DNA from: a virus
Virus record (IMG/VR): IMGVR_UViG_3300023116_005307
Coordinates: 3,588 to 67,587 of that record
Reading direction: 5' to 3' (one strand)
DNA: 64,000 nt
Shown: positions 20,669 through 30,555 of the stretch, in pieces
Position numbering within the stretch: position 1 is the stretch's first letter
Layout of the letters: each line of letters begins with the position of its first letter
Position numbers and translations under genes: made by a program
The notes under the pieces: model-generated
What the model saw: the letters and a program-made list of their open reading frames with translations, nothing else
Told to the model about the DNA's origin: nothing
The model's database searches: none

Positions 20669-21906
20669 CTAGTCCTAACGATACAGGTTTATTCAGTAAT
20701 GTTGCCCTAGGAAAAGTATGGTTTCCGTCACTAACAACAAAATTACAACAAGGGTGGAATACCTCATTTTCAAATTTAAAAAAAACATATTTTAAAAAAG
20801 TTAATACACCATATGCAGTGTATTTTAGCGTTGATAAAATCCAATGGTTAGAATCTAACAATGCTATAATATCAGATAAAAATAGAGAAGTTTGTAATAA
20901 AAAAGGATTAAAATTTTATCTGTGGGAACCCTTATCAACATATGATACTAGAGTAAATAAAGATGGTATTTATACTGCCTGGAGTGAGACAGATGCAAAA
21001 TATATTAGAGCTAGAGAACTAGACAGTATTCAACAGTATGTACAAAAAAATCAATTAACAACTGTTGAAGTATATACTCCTAGTTTTAATTGCAAAAAAT
21101 ATTTTCAAAAGAATTATCCGGAGTTTGAAATTGACTGTACACCAGTAGGATGGATATATCCTGCAACAATTAATGTTGACAAACAAGAAGGATATATGGA
21201 TGCAGATAAAATAACAAAAAAATTCTGGTGTGGAAATTGGCGATATGCTAGCCATAGGCACTGTGTGGCAAGTTATCTTGTTAGTCAAACAGATAGTTAT
21301 AATTTAAGTTGGTTATATGAAAGTAATATAGAAATATTAAAAACACAATCCAATTTTACTTTGCCAAAAATAGATTCATTAAGTTTAGGTGCTGCACTTT
21401 TAGATAACATTGCTCCTAAGAGTATGGATCGTGCTGTAGATAAAAAATTAAAAATTGACGAATATATAGATATACACATAGATACAAATCCAAAAAACGC
21501 ATATGCAGAATGCTTTTGTGCAATAGTCAATGAAACACGATATACAGAACCAACAGGATTGTTGACAGAAAAGATAATGAATGCTATGCTTAATTATAGA
21601 CCTTTTATTATGGTCGGACCTACTCATAACCTTGAGTATATGAAACGATGGGGATTTATGACATTTGATCAATGGTTTGACGAAAGTTATGATAAAGAAC
21701 ATGATCATTCTAAAAGAATGGAAAAAATATTTGATTTAATAGATTGGATTAATTCAAAAACTATAGAAGAGTTGAAAACAATGTATGAAGAAATGCAGTT
21801 TGTTTTATTACACAACAAAACATGGATAGAAGAATTACAAGAACGTTTATTAGAAAAACCAATTACAAAAAACAGTATATATAAAAGGATACGTCATGAT
21901 AATTAA
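20653..21906 (+). CDS. Hypothetical protein, possible GT-B glycosyltransferase
   Basis: IVNET...LTEKIMNA...RPFIMVG...GFMTF...DESYD. Paralog of 17301. Confidence 0.5.
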   Translation: MEQRLTSPNDTGLFSNVALGKVWFPSLTTKLQQGWNTSFSNLKKTYFKKVNTPYAVYFSVDKIQWLESNNAIISDKNREVCNKKGLKFYLWEPLSTYDTRVNKDGIYTAWSETDAKYIRARELDSIQQYVQKNQLTTVEVYTPSFNCKKYFQKNYPEFEIDCTPVGWIYPATINVDKQEGYMDADKITKKFWCGNWRYASHRHCVASYLVSQTDSYNLSWLYESNIEILKTQSNFTLPKIDSLSLGAALLDNIAPKSMDRAVDKKLKIDEYIDIHIDTNPKNAYAECFCAIVNETRYTEPTGLLTEKIMNAMLNYRPFIMVGPTHNLEYMKRWGFMTFDQWFDESYDKEHDHSKRMEKIFDLIDWINSKTIEELKTMYEEMQFVLLHNKTWIEELQERLLEKPITKNSIYKRIRHDN

Positions 21907-22492
21907 AAATGACAAACCACTAAAAATTATTGGATATGATCAAAGTATCCTAACACAAGACAGCATGTTTTATGGTAAGAACTTTGTTAATGAAGATTGT
22001 AGTATTATGAGTCCGCAAGAGTTTAAGAAACTGCAAAGCAAAAATGACTTTCAGTACTTTATAGGATTTGCATTAGACTTGCAGGAACGTGCGCAAACAG
22101 TAGATTTGTTAGACGAGTATGACTGTGATTGTGTAACGTATATTCATGATACTGCTGTTATACACGAAGGTGCTGTAATTGGTAAAGGTTCGTGTGTTGC
22201 TAACTTTAGTACAGTCATGCAAGGTGCTGTAGTGGGCAAACACTGCTTTATTGAAACATACTGTTTGATTAGTCACGATGTCACTGTAGGCGATAATTGT
22301 ATGTTCCATAGTGGGTCTATGATTGCTGGTAAAACAAACATAGGCAAGAATTGTATGTTTAATTTTAAAAGTGGTGCAATAAACAAAATAGACATATGTG
22401 ATAATGTTACTGTTGGTGCATTTTCTAATGTTACTAAGCCTATTGAAGCACCAGGAGTTTATGTAGGTTCGCCTGCAAGAAAATTAAAATGA
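21896..22492 (+). CDS. Sugar O/N-acetyltransferase, hexapeptide repeat (PglD/NeuD-like)
   Basis: Left-handed beta-helix repeats (AVIGKG, AVVGKH, ISHDVTVGDNC) and terminal GVYVGSPARK. Confidence 0.85.
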   Translation: MIIKNDKPLKIIGYDQSILTQDSMFYGKNFVNEDCSIMSPQEFKKLQSKNDFQYFIGFALDLQERAQTVDLLDEYDCDCVTYIHDTAVIHEGAVIGKGSCVANFSTVMQGAVVGKHCFIETYCLISHDVTVGDNCMFHSGSMIAGKTNIGKNCMFNFKSGAINKIDICDNVTVGAFSNVTKPIEAPGVYVGSPARKLK

Positions 22493-23457
22493 AATATTTA
22501 AACGTTTGGAAAGACATACATCCAAAAATAAACAAAAATGGAATAGAATATTTTATAAATTTTTTAATTGATTATTCTAAGGTAGAACCTATAGGGTTAA
22601 TGTGTGCAGAGGAGGCAAGTTTACACAAGTTTATTCCGTTTCTTGATAATGAAAATTTTTTAAATATAAAAAATATACATGTAGTAAATGGCGGATATGA
22701 TACTAATTATTACAATACTTTTTTTAATAATTTTACAAATATTACTCAAGAATGCTGGCCTTTATATTTTTTATATGAAACTTTCTATCATAATACCTTT
22801 GACCCAACACATAATAAAATAGATAGATTATTCTTATGTATGAATTATAGACCTAGATTACATAGGAAAAAACTATTAGATGAATTAAGTAAGGCAAATT
22901 TATTAAAGAATAACTATTTTACTTGGCATGATCCTAAATATAATGATAATTTTACTCCAGATTTTGATGAAGGAGATTATAACTGGAAATATTGGATACC
23001 TGAAAAAACAATACTTAATACTACTTGGGATCAGTATGCTCCTCCACTTGAAATATATAAGAGTGCAATTAGTTTAATTACTGAGTCTTTTTTGCACTGT
23101 CCATTTGTAACAGAAAAAACTTGGAACGCTATTATTTCAAAACGTCCGTTTATTATTTTAGGCGCACCCGGCATACACAATTACTTAGAGAGCTTAGGTT
23201 TTATTTTATCAGATGAGATAGATTACTCATTTGATAAAATAGTTGATAACGATGATAGAATAAAAGCAATTGTAAGAGAACTACAACGATTAAATTGTTT
23301 AGATATTCAAGAATTTTTCCAAAAAACAGTACAAGTAAATGAACATAATTATTGTAATGCTATAAAAATTATAAAATCAGAAAAGCATTCAATTCATGTT
23401 GCAGAACATTACAAAAATATTATAGAAAGAACAAGGTACAAGATAAATGAGCTTTGA
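22489..23457 (+). CDS. Hypothetical protein, possible GT-B glycosyltransferase
   Basis: FLCMNYRPRLHR...LITES...VTEKTWNA...RPFIILG. Third paralog of the family. Confidence 0.5.
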   Translation: MKYLNVWKDIHPKINKNGIEYFINFLIDYSKVEPIGLMCAEEASLHKFIPFLDNENFLNIKNIHVVNGGYDTNYYNTFFNNFTNITQECWPLYFLYETFYHNTFDPTHNKIDRLFLCMNYRPRLHRKKLLDELSKANLLKNNYFTWHDPKYNDNFTPDFDEGDYNWKYWIPEKTILNTTWDQYAPPLEIYKSAISLITESFLHCPFVTEKTWNAIISKRPFIILGAPGIHNYLESLGFILSDEIDYSFDKIVDNDDRIKAIVRELQRLNCLDIQEFFQKTVQVNEHNYCNAIKIIKSEKHSIHVAEHYKNIIERTRYKINEL

Positions 23458-24043
23458 TGCTGTAGAAAAATTTGAGGAGAAAATTGCACAATTTTTTGGC
23501 GCACCTTATGCTGTTGCTGTAGACAGTTGTACTCATGCTATAGAATTATGTTTAAGATATAAAAAAGTCAAACATACAGCATGTCCTAAACATACCTACT
23601 TGAGTATTCCTATGACGTTTGAAAAATTAGGAATAAAATACAGATTACTTGATGCTAAATGGAAAGAATATTATTATCTAGCAAACACCAACATAATTGA
23701 TGCCGCAGTTACATGGCGAGAAAATAGTTATGTTCCTAACTCTTTTATGTGTATTAGTTTTCAATATAAAAAACATTTAAGTTTAGGACGGGGAGGAATG
23801 ATATTGTGCGACAGTGCATTAGATCGTGCAGAGCTAATAAAAATGAGCTATGATGGTAGACATCGAAATGCTCCATGGGCAGAACAAGAAGTATACCAAA
23901 TAGGCTATCATTATTATATGACTCCTGAAACAGCAAATTTAGGTTTATACAATTTTCAAGATGCAAAAAATAGAATTGCTAAAACTTGGACTTGGAACGA
24001 TTATCCTGATCTGTCTATGATGCCTGTTTTTAAAAATAAATAA
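23447..24043 (+). CDS. Short DegT/DnrJ/EryC1/StrS family sugar aminotransferase
   Basis: FEEKIAQFFGAPYAVAVDSCTHA, IIDAA, and SFQYKKHLSLGRGGMI (PLP-lysine region). Only 198 aa. Confidence 0.8.
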   Translation: MSFDAVEKFEEKIAQFFGAPYAVAVDSCTHAIELCLRYKKVKHTACPKHTYLSIPMTFEKLGIKYRLLDAKWKEYYYLANTNIIDAAVTWRENSYVPNSFMCISFQYKKHLSLGRGGMILCDSALDRAELIKMSYDGRHRNAPWAEQEVYQIGYHYYMTPETANLGLYNFQDAKNRIAKTWTWNDYPDLSMMPVFKNK

Positions 24044-24063
24044 TATACGCATATTATAGGAGT
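24035..24063 (+). promoter_or_regulatory. Internal late-like promoter AATAAATA plus SD
   Basis: AATAAATAATATACGCATATTATAGGAG in one of the few intergenic gaps of the island. Confidence 0.5.
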
Positions 24064-24068
24064 AAAGA

Positions 24069-25298
24069 ATGAATATTGGTTTTATCGGCGTAGGTAAACT
24101 AGGCATGCCATGTGCAGAGGCTATTGCCAAAAAAGGTCATAGTGTAACGGGTTATGATGTTGTAAAAAGAACAAGTAATTATGTGGAAATGTTTCCTACT
24201 ATTGAAGGCGCTGTTCAAGGCAGAGATATAGTGTTTATTGCAGTTCCTACTCCGCACGATCCTGATTATGATGGCCGTGCCCCTACAGCACACTTAGAAC
24301 CTAAAGACTTTTCTTATGATATTGTTAATGAAGTTATAAATGAAGCAAACAAGCATATGACAAAGGATCAATTGCTTGTACTAATTTCAACAGTACTACC
24401 TGGAACTGTGCGTAGAGAATTTGTACCAAGAATTACTAATCCTAGATTTGTGTACAATCCTTATCTTATTGCAATGGGAAGTGTTGCATGGGACATGGTG
24501 AATCCAGAAATGGTAATGATTGGCACTGAAGATGGTAGTGAAACTGGTGATGCAAAACAATTACTAGATTTCTATAAAACTATAATGGAAAATAATCCAC
24601 GTTATGTTGTAGGCACATGGGACGAGTGTGAATGTATTAAGGTCTTTTATAATACATTTATTTCAACAAAAATTGGACTGGTTAATATGATACAAGACGT
24701 TGCAGAATCTCAAGGTAACATTAACGTAGATGTAGTGACTAGAGCACTAGCAGATAGTACAATGCGTATTATGGGTCCACAATACATGACAGCTGGAATG
24801 GGAGACGGGGGAGGCTGTCATCCTAGAGATAATATTGCATTAAGATACATGGCACAAGAACTAGATTTAGGCTATGATATTTTTGATGCAGTAATGAATG
24901 CAAGAGAAATTCAAGCAGAAAATCTTGCACTAAAATTAGTAGACTTAGCAAATCAATATAATTACCCTATATACATACACGGTAAAGCATATAAACCGGG
25001 TGTGTCTTATTGTGATGGCAGTTACAGTATGTTAGTAGGACATTATTGCGAACATCACGGATTTGCACCTACATATATAGATCCGCTAACAGGTGACAAT
25101 AATGAGCCGATAGAACCCTGTGTTATGTTGTTAGCACATAGTGCAAGCACAACTTACAAGTATATGCAAGAAGAAGGCGACAGCACAGATAGAGTTTATT
25201 GTGATATTCCTATAGATAGTGTTGTAGTAGATCCTTGGCGCAAGTATGTTAATGATAATTGCAAGGTAATTCACTACGGCAACACAAGAAATGTATGA
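24069..25298 (+). CDS. ugd: UDP-glucose/GDP-mannose 6-dehydrogenase family protein
   Basis: GFIGVGKLG Rossmann motif, FIAVPTP, ISTVLPGT, YNP, KVFYNTF and catalytic GGGCHPRD. Confidence 0.88.
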   Translation: MNIGFIGVGKLGMPCAEAIAKKGHSVTGYDVVKRTSNYVEMFPTIEGAVQGRDIVFIAVPTPHDPDYDGRAPTAHLEPKDFSYDIVNEVINEANKHMTKDQLLVLISTVLPGTVRREFVPRITNPRFVYNPYLIAMGSVAWDMVNPEMVMIGTEDGSETGDAKQLLDFYKTIMENNPRYVVGTWDECECIKVFYNTFISTKIGLVNMIQDVAESQGNINVDVVTRALADSTMRIMGPQYMTAGMGDGGGCHPRDNIALRYMAQELDLGYDIFDAVMNAREIQAENLALKLVDLANQYNYPIYIHGKAYKPGVSYCDGSYSMLVGHYCEHHGFAPTYIDPLTGDNNEPIEPCVMLLAHSASTTYKYMQEEGDSTDRVYCDIPIDSVVVDPWRKYVNDNCKVIHYGNTRNV

Positions 25299-25962
25299 TA
25301 TTGTATTTATTAGTTACAAAGAACCTAACGCAGACGACAATTGGAAAGCATTAAAAAGTAGATTTCCGATGGCAAAACGTGTGCATGATGTAAAAGGTAT
25401 ACATCAAGCCCATATTGCTGCTGCTAAAAGATGTTTTACTAAAATGTTTTGGGTAGTAGATGCAGACGCTGTTGTAAAAAATAATTTTGAATTTGATCAT
25501 ATAGTAGATGAATATGACCTAAACACAGTACATGTTTGGCGTAGTGAAAATCCAATTAATGGTCTTGTTTATGGTTATGGGGGTATTAAATTACTACCAC
25601 GTAAACTTACATTAAATATGGACATTACTAAACCAGATATGACAACTAGCATAAGTGACAAATTTAAGGCAATAAAAACTGTTTCAAATATAACAGCATT
25701 CAATACCGATCCTTTTAATACTTGGAAAAGTGCATTTAGAGAATGTGCTAAACTTAGCAGTAAAATTATCGATAGGCAAAAAAATGAAGAAACACAAAAA
25801 AGACTTGAAACGTGGTGCACAGTCGGTGAAGATAGACCTTATGGTTCCTATGCTCTTGCCGGTGCTAGGGCTGGCCGTGAGTTTGGCATTTCTAATAGTA
25901 GCAATTTGCAACTTATAAATGACTTTGATTGGTTGAAGGAGCAGTTTGATGTCACTACATAA
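25291..25962 (+). CDS. Putative GT-A fold glycosyltransferase
   Basis: MYDIVFISYKEPNA...WVVDAD...NGLVYGYGGIK...WKSAFRE. Paralog of 16379. Confidence 0.6.
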   Translation: MYDIVFISYKEPNADDNWKALKSRFPMAKRVHDVKGIHQAHIAAAKRCFTKMFWVVDADAVVKNNFEFDHIVDEYDLNTVHVWRSENPINGLVYGYGGIKLLPRKLTLNMDITKPDMTTSISDKFKAIKTVSNITAFNTDPFNTWKSAFRECAKLSSKIIDRQKNEETQKRLETWCTVGEDRPYGSYALAGARAGREFGISNSSNLQLINDFDWLKEQFDVTT

Positions 25963-26596
25963 CAGTGAATTCTTTGATAATTTTGGACAAGTTTTAAACA
26001 AGTTTCCTGATATAGATATGCGAGATTTGTTTTCTAAAGGACAAATGGAATCTAAACGCTGGCTAGTGAATGAACTTGAAAAAATTAATAAACCTTTGGG
26101 CACTGTTTTTTTATGTGCAGGTTGGTACGGTAGTTTAGCGGCGTTCTTATTTGAAAGTAAACTAGAAATAGAAAAGATTAGAAGCTTTGATATAGATAAA
26201 AACTGCGCTGCTATAGCAGATACGTTCAATAGAGCAAAAACAACAAACAATTGGCAATTTAAAGCAAGTACAATGGATATTTTAGAAATGACTTATCCTT
26301 TGCATTACACTACTGAAAAATCAGACGGAACTTTTCAAAATCTTGTAGATATGCCTGATACTATTATTAATACAAGTTGTGAGCATATTTTTGATTTTGC
26401 TTACTGGTATGAAAAAATACCTCGGCACAAACTTGTATGTTTGCAGACAAACGATTTTTTTGATTTACCGGAACATGTAAACTGTAGTATTGATTTAGAT
26501 GATTTTTCTAGAGCAACGCCAATGAAAGAAGTGTTGTATCAAGGAGAATTAAAATTGTCTAAGTATACTCGTTATATGAGGATTGGATTTAAATGA
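25949..26596 (+). CDS. Class I SAM-dependent methyltransferase
   Basis: FLCAGWYG motif I, SFDID, and IINTSCEH. Confidence 0.7.
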   Translation: MSLHNSEFFDNFGQVLNKFPDIDMRDLFSKGQMESKRWLVNELEKINKPLGTVFLCAGWYGSLAAFLFESKLEIEKIRSFDIDKNCAAIADTFNRAKTTNNWQFKASTMDILEMTYPLHYTTEKSDGTFQNLVDMPDTIINTSCEHIFDFAYWYEKIPRHKLVCLQTNDFFDLPEHVNCSIDLDDFSRATPMKEVLYQGELKLSKYTRYMRIGFK

Positions 26597-27741
26597 AGCC
26601 TAATTATTGTCCATATGTACACAAAGGATTACGTATAAGTTTTAGTGAAAGAAACGGGGCATTTTTAAATACTTGTAAACCGTGCTGTCATGTAATTAGT
26701 GAAGCCTTTCCAAATATACCTGAAGAGCATCACGTAGATAATATTTTACAAACACAAAATTTAAAATACTTTCAAGACTACTTTGATAATAACGATGATC
26801 TTCCGCCTGCTTGTTTAACTTGTCAAAAATTAGAAGATGCTGGACAGATAAGCCATAGAACTCGTGCAATTAGTAAAGAAAATGCGTATTATGACATATA
26901 TCGTTTTGATATTGTCATAGGAAATTCTTGTAATTTAGCATGTCCTTTTTGCAGCAGTCATGCAAGTTCTTTAATTAATGTGCTATCGAATAAACATTTA
27001 GGAGAACATGTACCAGAAATGTGGCAACCTAGAAGCGATGTTTATGATGCATCTTTTGATAAAGTAGAAGAAGCTATTTTTGATATACTTTCTAAATATA
27101 AATGCCAAACAATAAAAGTAATAGGCGGCGAACCATTTTTAAAAGAACATTGGACAGTTTTTGAAAAATTATTAGAAAGCGGAAAACTAAAAGATAGTAC
27201 ATTAGAAATCACAACAAATGGAACTATTGTAAACAAGCGTCTTTTAGAGTCACTAGCAAAAACAAAAACTACTATAATTAGGACAAGTATTGACAGTGTA
27301 GGCAATAATTATAATTTTATAAGATGGCCATATACATTTGATAAAATATTTAAAAATATGAAATATATAGCAGATAACAAAGCAGATAACATAGAAGTTA
27401 GATTAAGTGCTTTAGTTAATGTTATAAATTTTGAGCATTTACCTGACATAGAAGAATATCTAACTCCGCATCAACATGCTAATGGAGACTTTACTGTGTC
27501 TTATGAAACTTTTATTAAACCTGCGGGTCAAAGCATGGATTGGAGATATCTTTCTAAAGAAATTGTAGATGATGTTTGCAGTAAATTAAAAAATAAAGGA
27601 TTAGTTAAACTAATACAAAATGAATCTTTGTTTATTAATACTGACAAAACAACAAAGACTTTAAAATTCTTATTAAAACAAAGAAATATGTCTGCAGAAG
27701 AAGTGTTTAAACCTGCAACTAGGGAGTATCTTAAACTATGA
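26593..27741 (+). CDS. Radical SAM protein with N-terminal twitch/SPASM-like domain
   Basis: CNLACPFC, IGGEPF, TTNGT. N-terminal YC...PCC...CLTC. Confidence 0.9.
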   Translation: MKPNYCPYVHKGLRISFSERNGAFLNTCKPCCHVISEAFPNIPEEHHVDNILQTQNLKYFQDYFDNNDDLPPACLTCQKLEDAGQISHRTRAISKENAYYDIYRFDIVIGNSCNLACPFCSSHASSLINVLSNKHLGEHVPEMWQPRSDVYDASFDKVEEAIFDILSKYKCQTIKVIGGEPFLKEHWTVFEKLLESGKLKDSTLEITTNGTIVNKRLLESLAKTKTTIIRTSIDSVGNNYNFIRWPYTFDKIFKNMKYIADNKADNIEVRLSALVNVINFEHLPDIEEYLTPHQHANGDFTVSYETFIKPAGQSMDWRYLSKEIVDDVCSKLKNKGLVKLIQNESLFINTDKTTKTLKFLLKQRNMSAEEVFKPATREYLKL

Positions 27742-28706
27742 TATTAATACAAACTGATAAAGGAATTCGTAAAATACAAACTAGTGCAGCAAAAACATCT
27801 ATTAATAAATTCAAAGGATGGTATTGCAATGCAGGTGTAGATTTTTTATGGATTAATCACGAAGGTTATATATTTGGAAATGTGTGCAGACATAGCGGTT
27901 GTTATGGTAACTTATATGATAATTTTGAATTACCGAAAGAACCTATGATTTGTCCTGCTAATAGTTGTTATTGTGCAGCAGATATCGAAATACTTAAATC
28001 ACCAAATAAAAATGATATGGAATTATTTGGAAGAGACATTCAAAACGACGAATTGCATAATCTACAAGATTATACAGATGAAAATATAATAGCAGTACAT
28101 GGTGTTAACAAAACTGATCAAAATAGAGTTTTATCTATAAATTGGAATATAGGAAAGCGATGCAATTATAGTTGTTCTTATTGTCCGCCTAGTGTACACG
28201 ATAATCATAGTCCACATATGTCCTTTAAAGTGTTTAAAAATGCTATTGATAAAATTTTAAGTAGCATAGATATAGACAAATTTCAAATTACTTGTACAGG
28301 AGGTGAACCTACTATTAATCCTGACTATTTTAAAATAGTTGAATATACAAATAGTTTAGGTGGAAAAGTGTTTACAAATACTAATGGTACATCTACAGCA
28401 AAAAAATTATCAAAACTTGTTGACGCAGGCGGCGTAAGTTTGTCAGTACATGCAGAATTTGCACAAGTTGAAAAATTAGCAAACAAAATAACTACAGTAT
28501 TTGAAAACGGTATTAATGGTATACTAAAAGTAAAATATATGTTAGCACCTGGCGGACTAGATGCTTGTAAAAAGTTTTTTGATATTATTCCAGAACCTAA
28601 TGGCAATTATAGATGTAGTGTAGAACCATTAGTTGACAAATTAAACGATAGAAAGATTTTGTCTTATTCACAAGAAGAATTAGATTTTATACAAGGTAAA
28701 CAATGA
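27738..28706 (+). CDS. Radical SAM protein with N-terminal SPASM-like Cys domain
   Basis: CNYSCSYC, TGGEPT. N-terminal WYCNAG...G.VC...C...C.C.AD. Confidence 0.9.
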   Translation: MILIQTDKGIRKIQTSAAKTSINKFKGWYCNAGVDFLWINHEGYIFGNVCRHSGCYGNLYDNFELPKEPMICPANSCYCAADIEILKSPNKNDMELFGRDIQNDELHNLQDYTDENIIAVHGVNKTDQNRVLSINWNIGKRCNYSCSYCPPSVHDNHSPHMSFKVFKNAIDKILSSIDIDKFQITCTGGEPTINPDYFKIVEYTNSLGGKVFTNTNGTSTAKKLSKLVDAGGVSLSVHAEFAQVEKLANKITTVFENGINGILKVKYMLAPGGLDACKKFFDIIPEPNGNYRCSVEPLVDKLNDRKILSYSQEELDFIQGKQ

Positions 28707-29389
28707 AAGAACCAAATAATATAATTGCAATTCAGAGTAACAGACCACAAGACGTATTCTACGTTCATTGGAATTTAGGAAAGCGATGTAATTACGATTG
28801 TTCTTATTGTGCAGATAGTTTACACGATTTTAATAGTCCTCATAGAAGTCTTGAAAATTTAATTAGTATTGCTGAAAAAATGAAAACTAATTTGCCTAAT
28901 AAAAAAATAAGAATTTGGTTTACAGGTGGCGAACCAACAGTTAATCCTAATTTTTTACATTTTTGTAAATGGCTAATGGAGGATGGAAATTTTTTTGTAG
29001 GACTTAACACTAACGGAAGTAGAACTAAAGAATATTTTACAGAGTTAATGCAAACTATTAACGTAATACAGTTTAGCAGCCATTTTGAGTATGTAGAGTT
29101 TGATAAATTTATGCCTGTTATAAAAGCAGCTAGTGATACAGCAAAACAATATGAAGGTAAAAGTGTAAGTTTGAATTTAATGATGGAACCTGAGCACTGG
29201 AATGCAGCAGTACGTATGGTCAAATATTGTATCGAGCATGATATTGAATATCATCTAAAGCGCATTAGGCCTAAAGATAACTTTACAAGTTTTGAAAGAC
29301 AATATTCGCCTGTATATACTGAAGATCAAATCAAATTTTTAGTAGATAATGAATATAGAAATACTGTGTTGGAGGAATATGATGGGTGA
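28703..29389 (+). CDS. Radical SAM protein (core only)
   Basis: WNLGKRCNYDCSYC, FTGGEPT, NTNGS. Paralog of the C-terminal half of 27738. Confidence 0.9.
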   Translation: MKEPNNIIAIQSNRPQDVFYVHWNLGKRCNYDCSYCADSLHDFNSPHRSLENLISIAEKMKTNLPNKKIRIWFTGGEPTVNPNFLHFCKWLMEDGNFFVGLNTNGSRTKEYFTELMQTINVIQFSSHFEYVEFDKFMPVIKAASDTAKQYEGKSVSLNLMMEPEHWNAAVRMVKYCIEHDIEYHLKRIRPKDNFTSFERQYSPVYTEDQIKFLVDNEYRNTVLEEYDG

Positions 29390-29747
29390 TATACTAGTAT
29401 ATGATAACGACGGCAATGTAAGAGAAGAATGGTCTAATAATCTAGTCAAAGCAGAGGAAGTAAATTTTGAAAGTTGGTTTTGCGGAATTGGATTAGAAAG
29501 TATAGAAATACGTAACAATGGAGATATTTATAGAGGTATATGCAGAGTAGGCGGATCTATAGCACATATAGATGATGAAAAATGGAATTTACCTGAAGAC
29601 TTTATTGTGTGTAATAAAACATCTTGCACATGTGTTGCAGATTTAAAATCAACAAGATATAAAAACTTAAATGTACGAGACAAATTAAAAGATACAATTA
29701 AAAATAAAGTAGAAGAGTATGGCGGACAGAATTCAAATAATTTTTGA
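29382..29747 (+). CDS. Stand-alone SPASM-like Fe-S domain protein
   Basis: WFCGIG...GDIYRGICRVGG...CNKTSCTCVAD. Paralog of the N-terminal half of 27738. SD GGAGG upstream. Confidence 0.7.
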   Translation: MGDILVYDNDGNVREEWSNNLVKAEEVNFESWFCGIGLESIEIRNNGDIYRGICRVGGSIAHIDDEKWNLPEDFIVCNKTSCTCVADLKSTRYKNLNVRDKLKDTIKNKVEEYGGQNSNNF

Positions 29748-30555
29748 AAATGATCATTGGTGGCAAATCAATACATTTGATCATTCATTTGCACATAAGT
29801 GGACCACTTATTTTTTTCATTGTGTAAATATTATCGGTCAAAAATATGAATTAAACGTAACAGGTGACGACCTATACAAAACACAACGTCGACTTAGAGA
29901 CATAATTGACCAAGTAAATTTACATGTTCCGTCAACCATAAATCAAAACATAGACTATTTAAGTTTGGAAACATTGAGTGATATTCATTATATATACGAA
30001 GACATTTCAAAAAATGACTATTGGATATCAAACGGTTCAATGTCTTTAGAAAAGGCGATAAAAATTAGAGATGAATTAAACGATACAATTCACGAAGCAG
30101 AAGGTTTGATAGGTAAACGAGTATGTCCACGCATAAGATATAGGCTGGTTAATGCAGACACAGGCGTCCCTAATTTGCCAAAAGTAGAATTTGAGGAATG
30201 TGATTATAATTATTTTGAGCCTATAATGGAGCCCTATGTAGTTTATTTAAATTACAATGCTGTAGGAGAAGATTTATTGAAAACATATAAAAGTGGCAGA
30301 TCTATAGATACTGCTGTGAATCTTAGACAGTTTAGTCCTAGTTTCTTTTTTGTTACGCAGGCAGTAGATTACGAACTACAAAAACACGATGTAGAACAAA
30401 CCTATAAATGGATGGGCAAAAATGGATTTGATACTAATGATAAGAAAAACATAGTCGGGTATCTACCTATTGGTAGGTTGTTTAAAAACATGCCAGATGC
30501 AAATTTTATTAATGATGTAAAGTATTCAAGGATAAAGGATATACGTGTAAGATGA
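29719..30555 (+). CDS. Hypothetical protein
   Basis: 278-aa ORF translationally coupled in the operon. Confidence 0.7.
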   Translation: MADRIQIIFENDHWWQINTFDHSFAHKWTTYFFHCVNIIGQKYELNVTGDDLYKTQRRLRDIIDQVNLHVPSTINQNIDYLSLETLSDIHYIYEDISKNDYWISNGSMSLEKAIKIRDELNDTIHEAEGLIGKRVCPRIRYRLVNADTGVPNLPKVEFEECDYNYFEPIMEPYVVYLNYNAVGEDLLKTYKSGRSIDTAVNLRQFSPSFFFVTQAVDYELQKHDVEQTYKWMGKNGFDTNDKKNIVGYLPIGRLFKNMPDANFINDVKYSRIKDIRVR

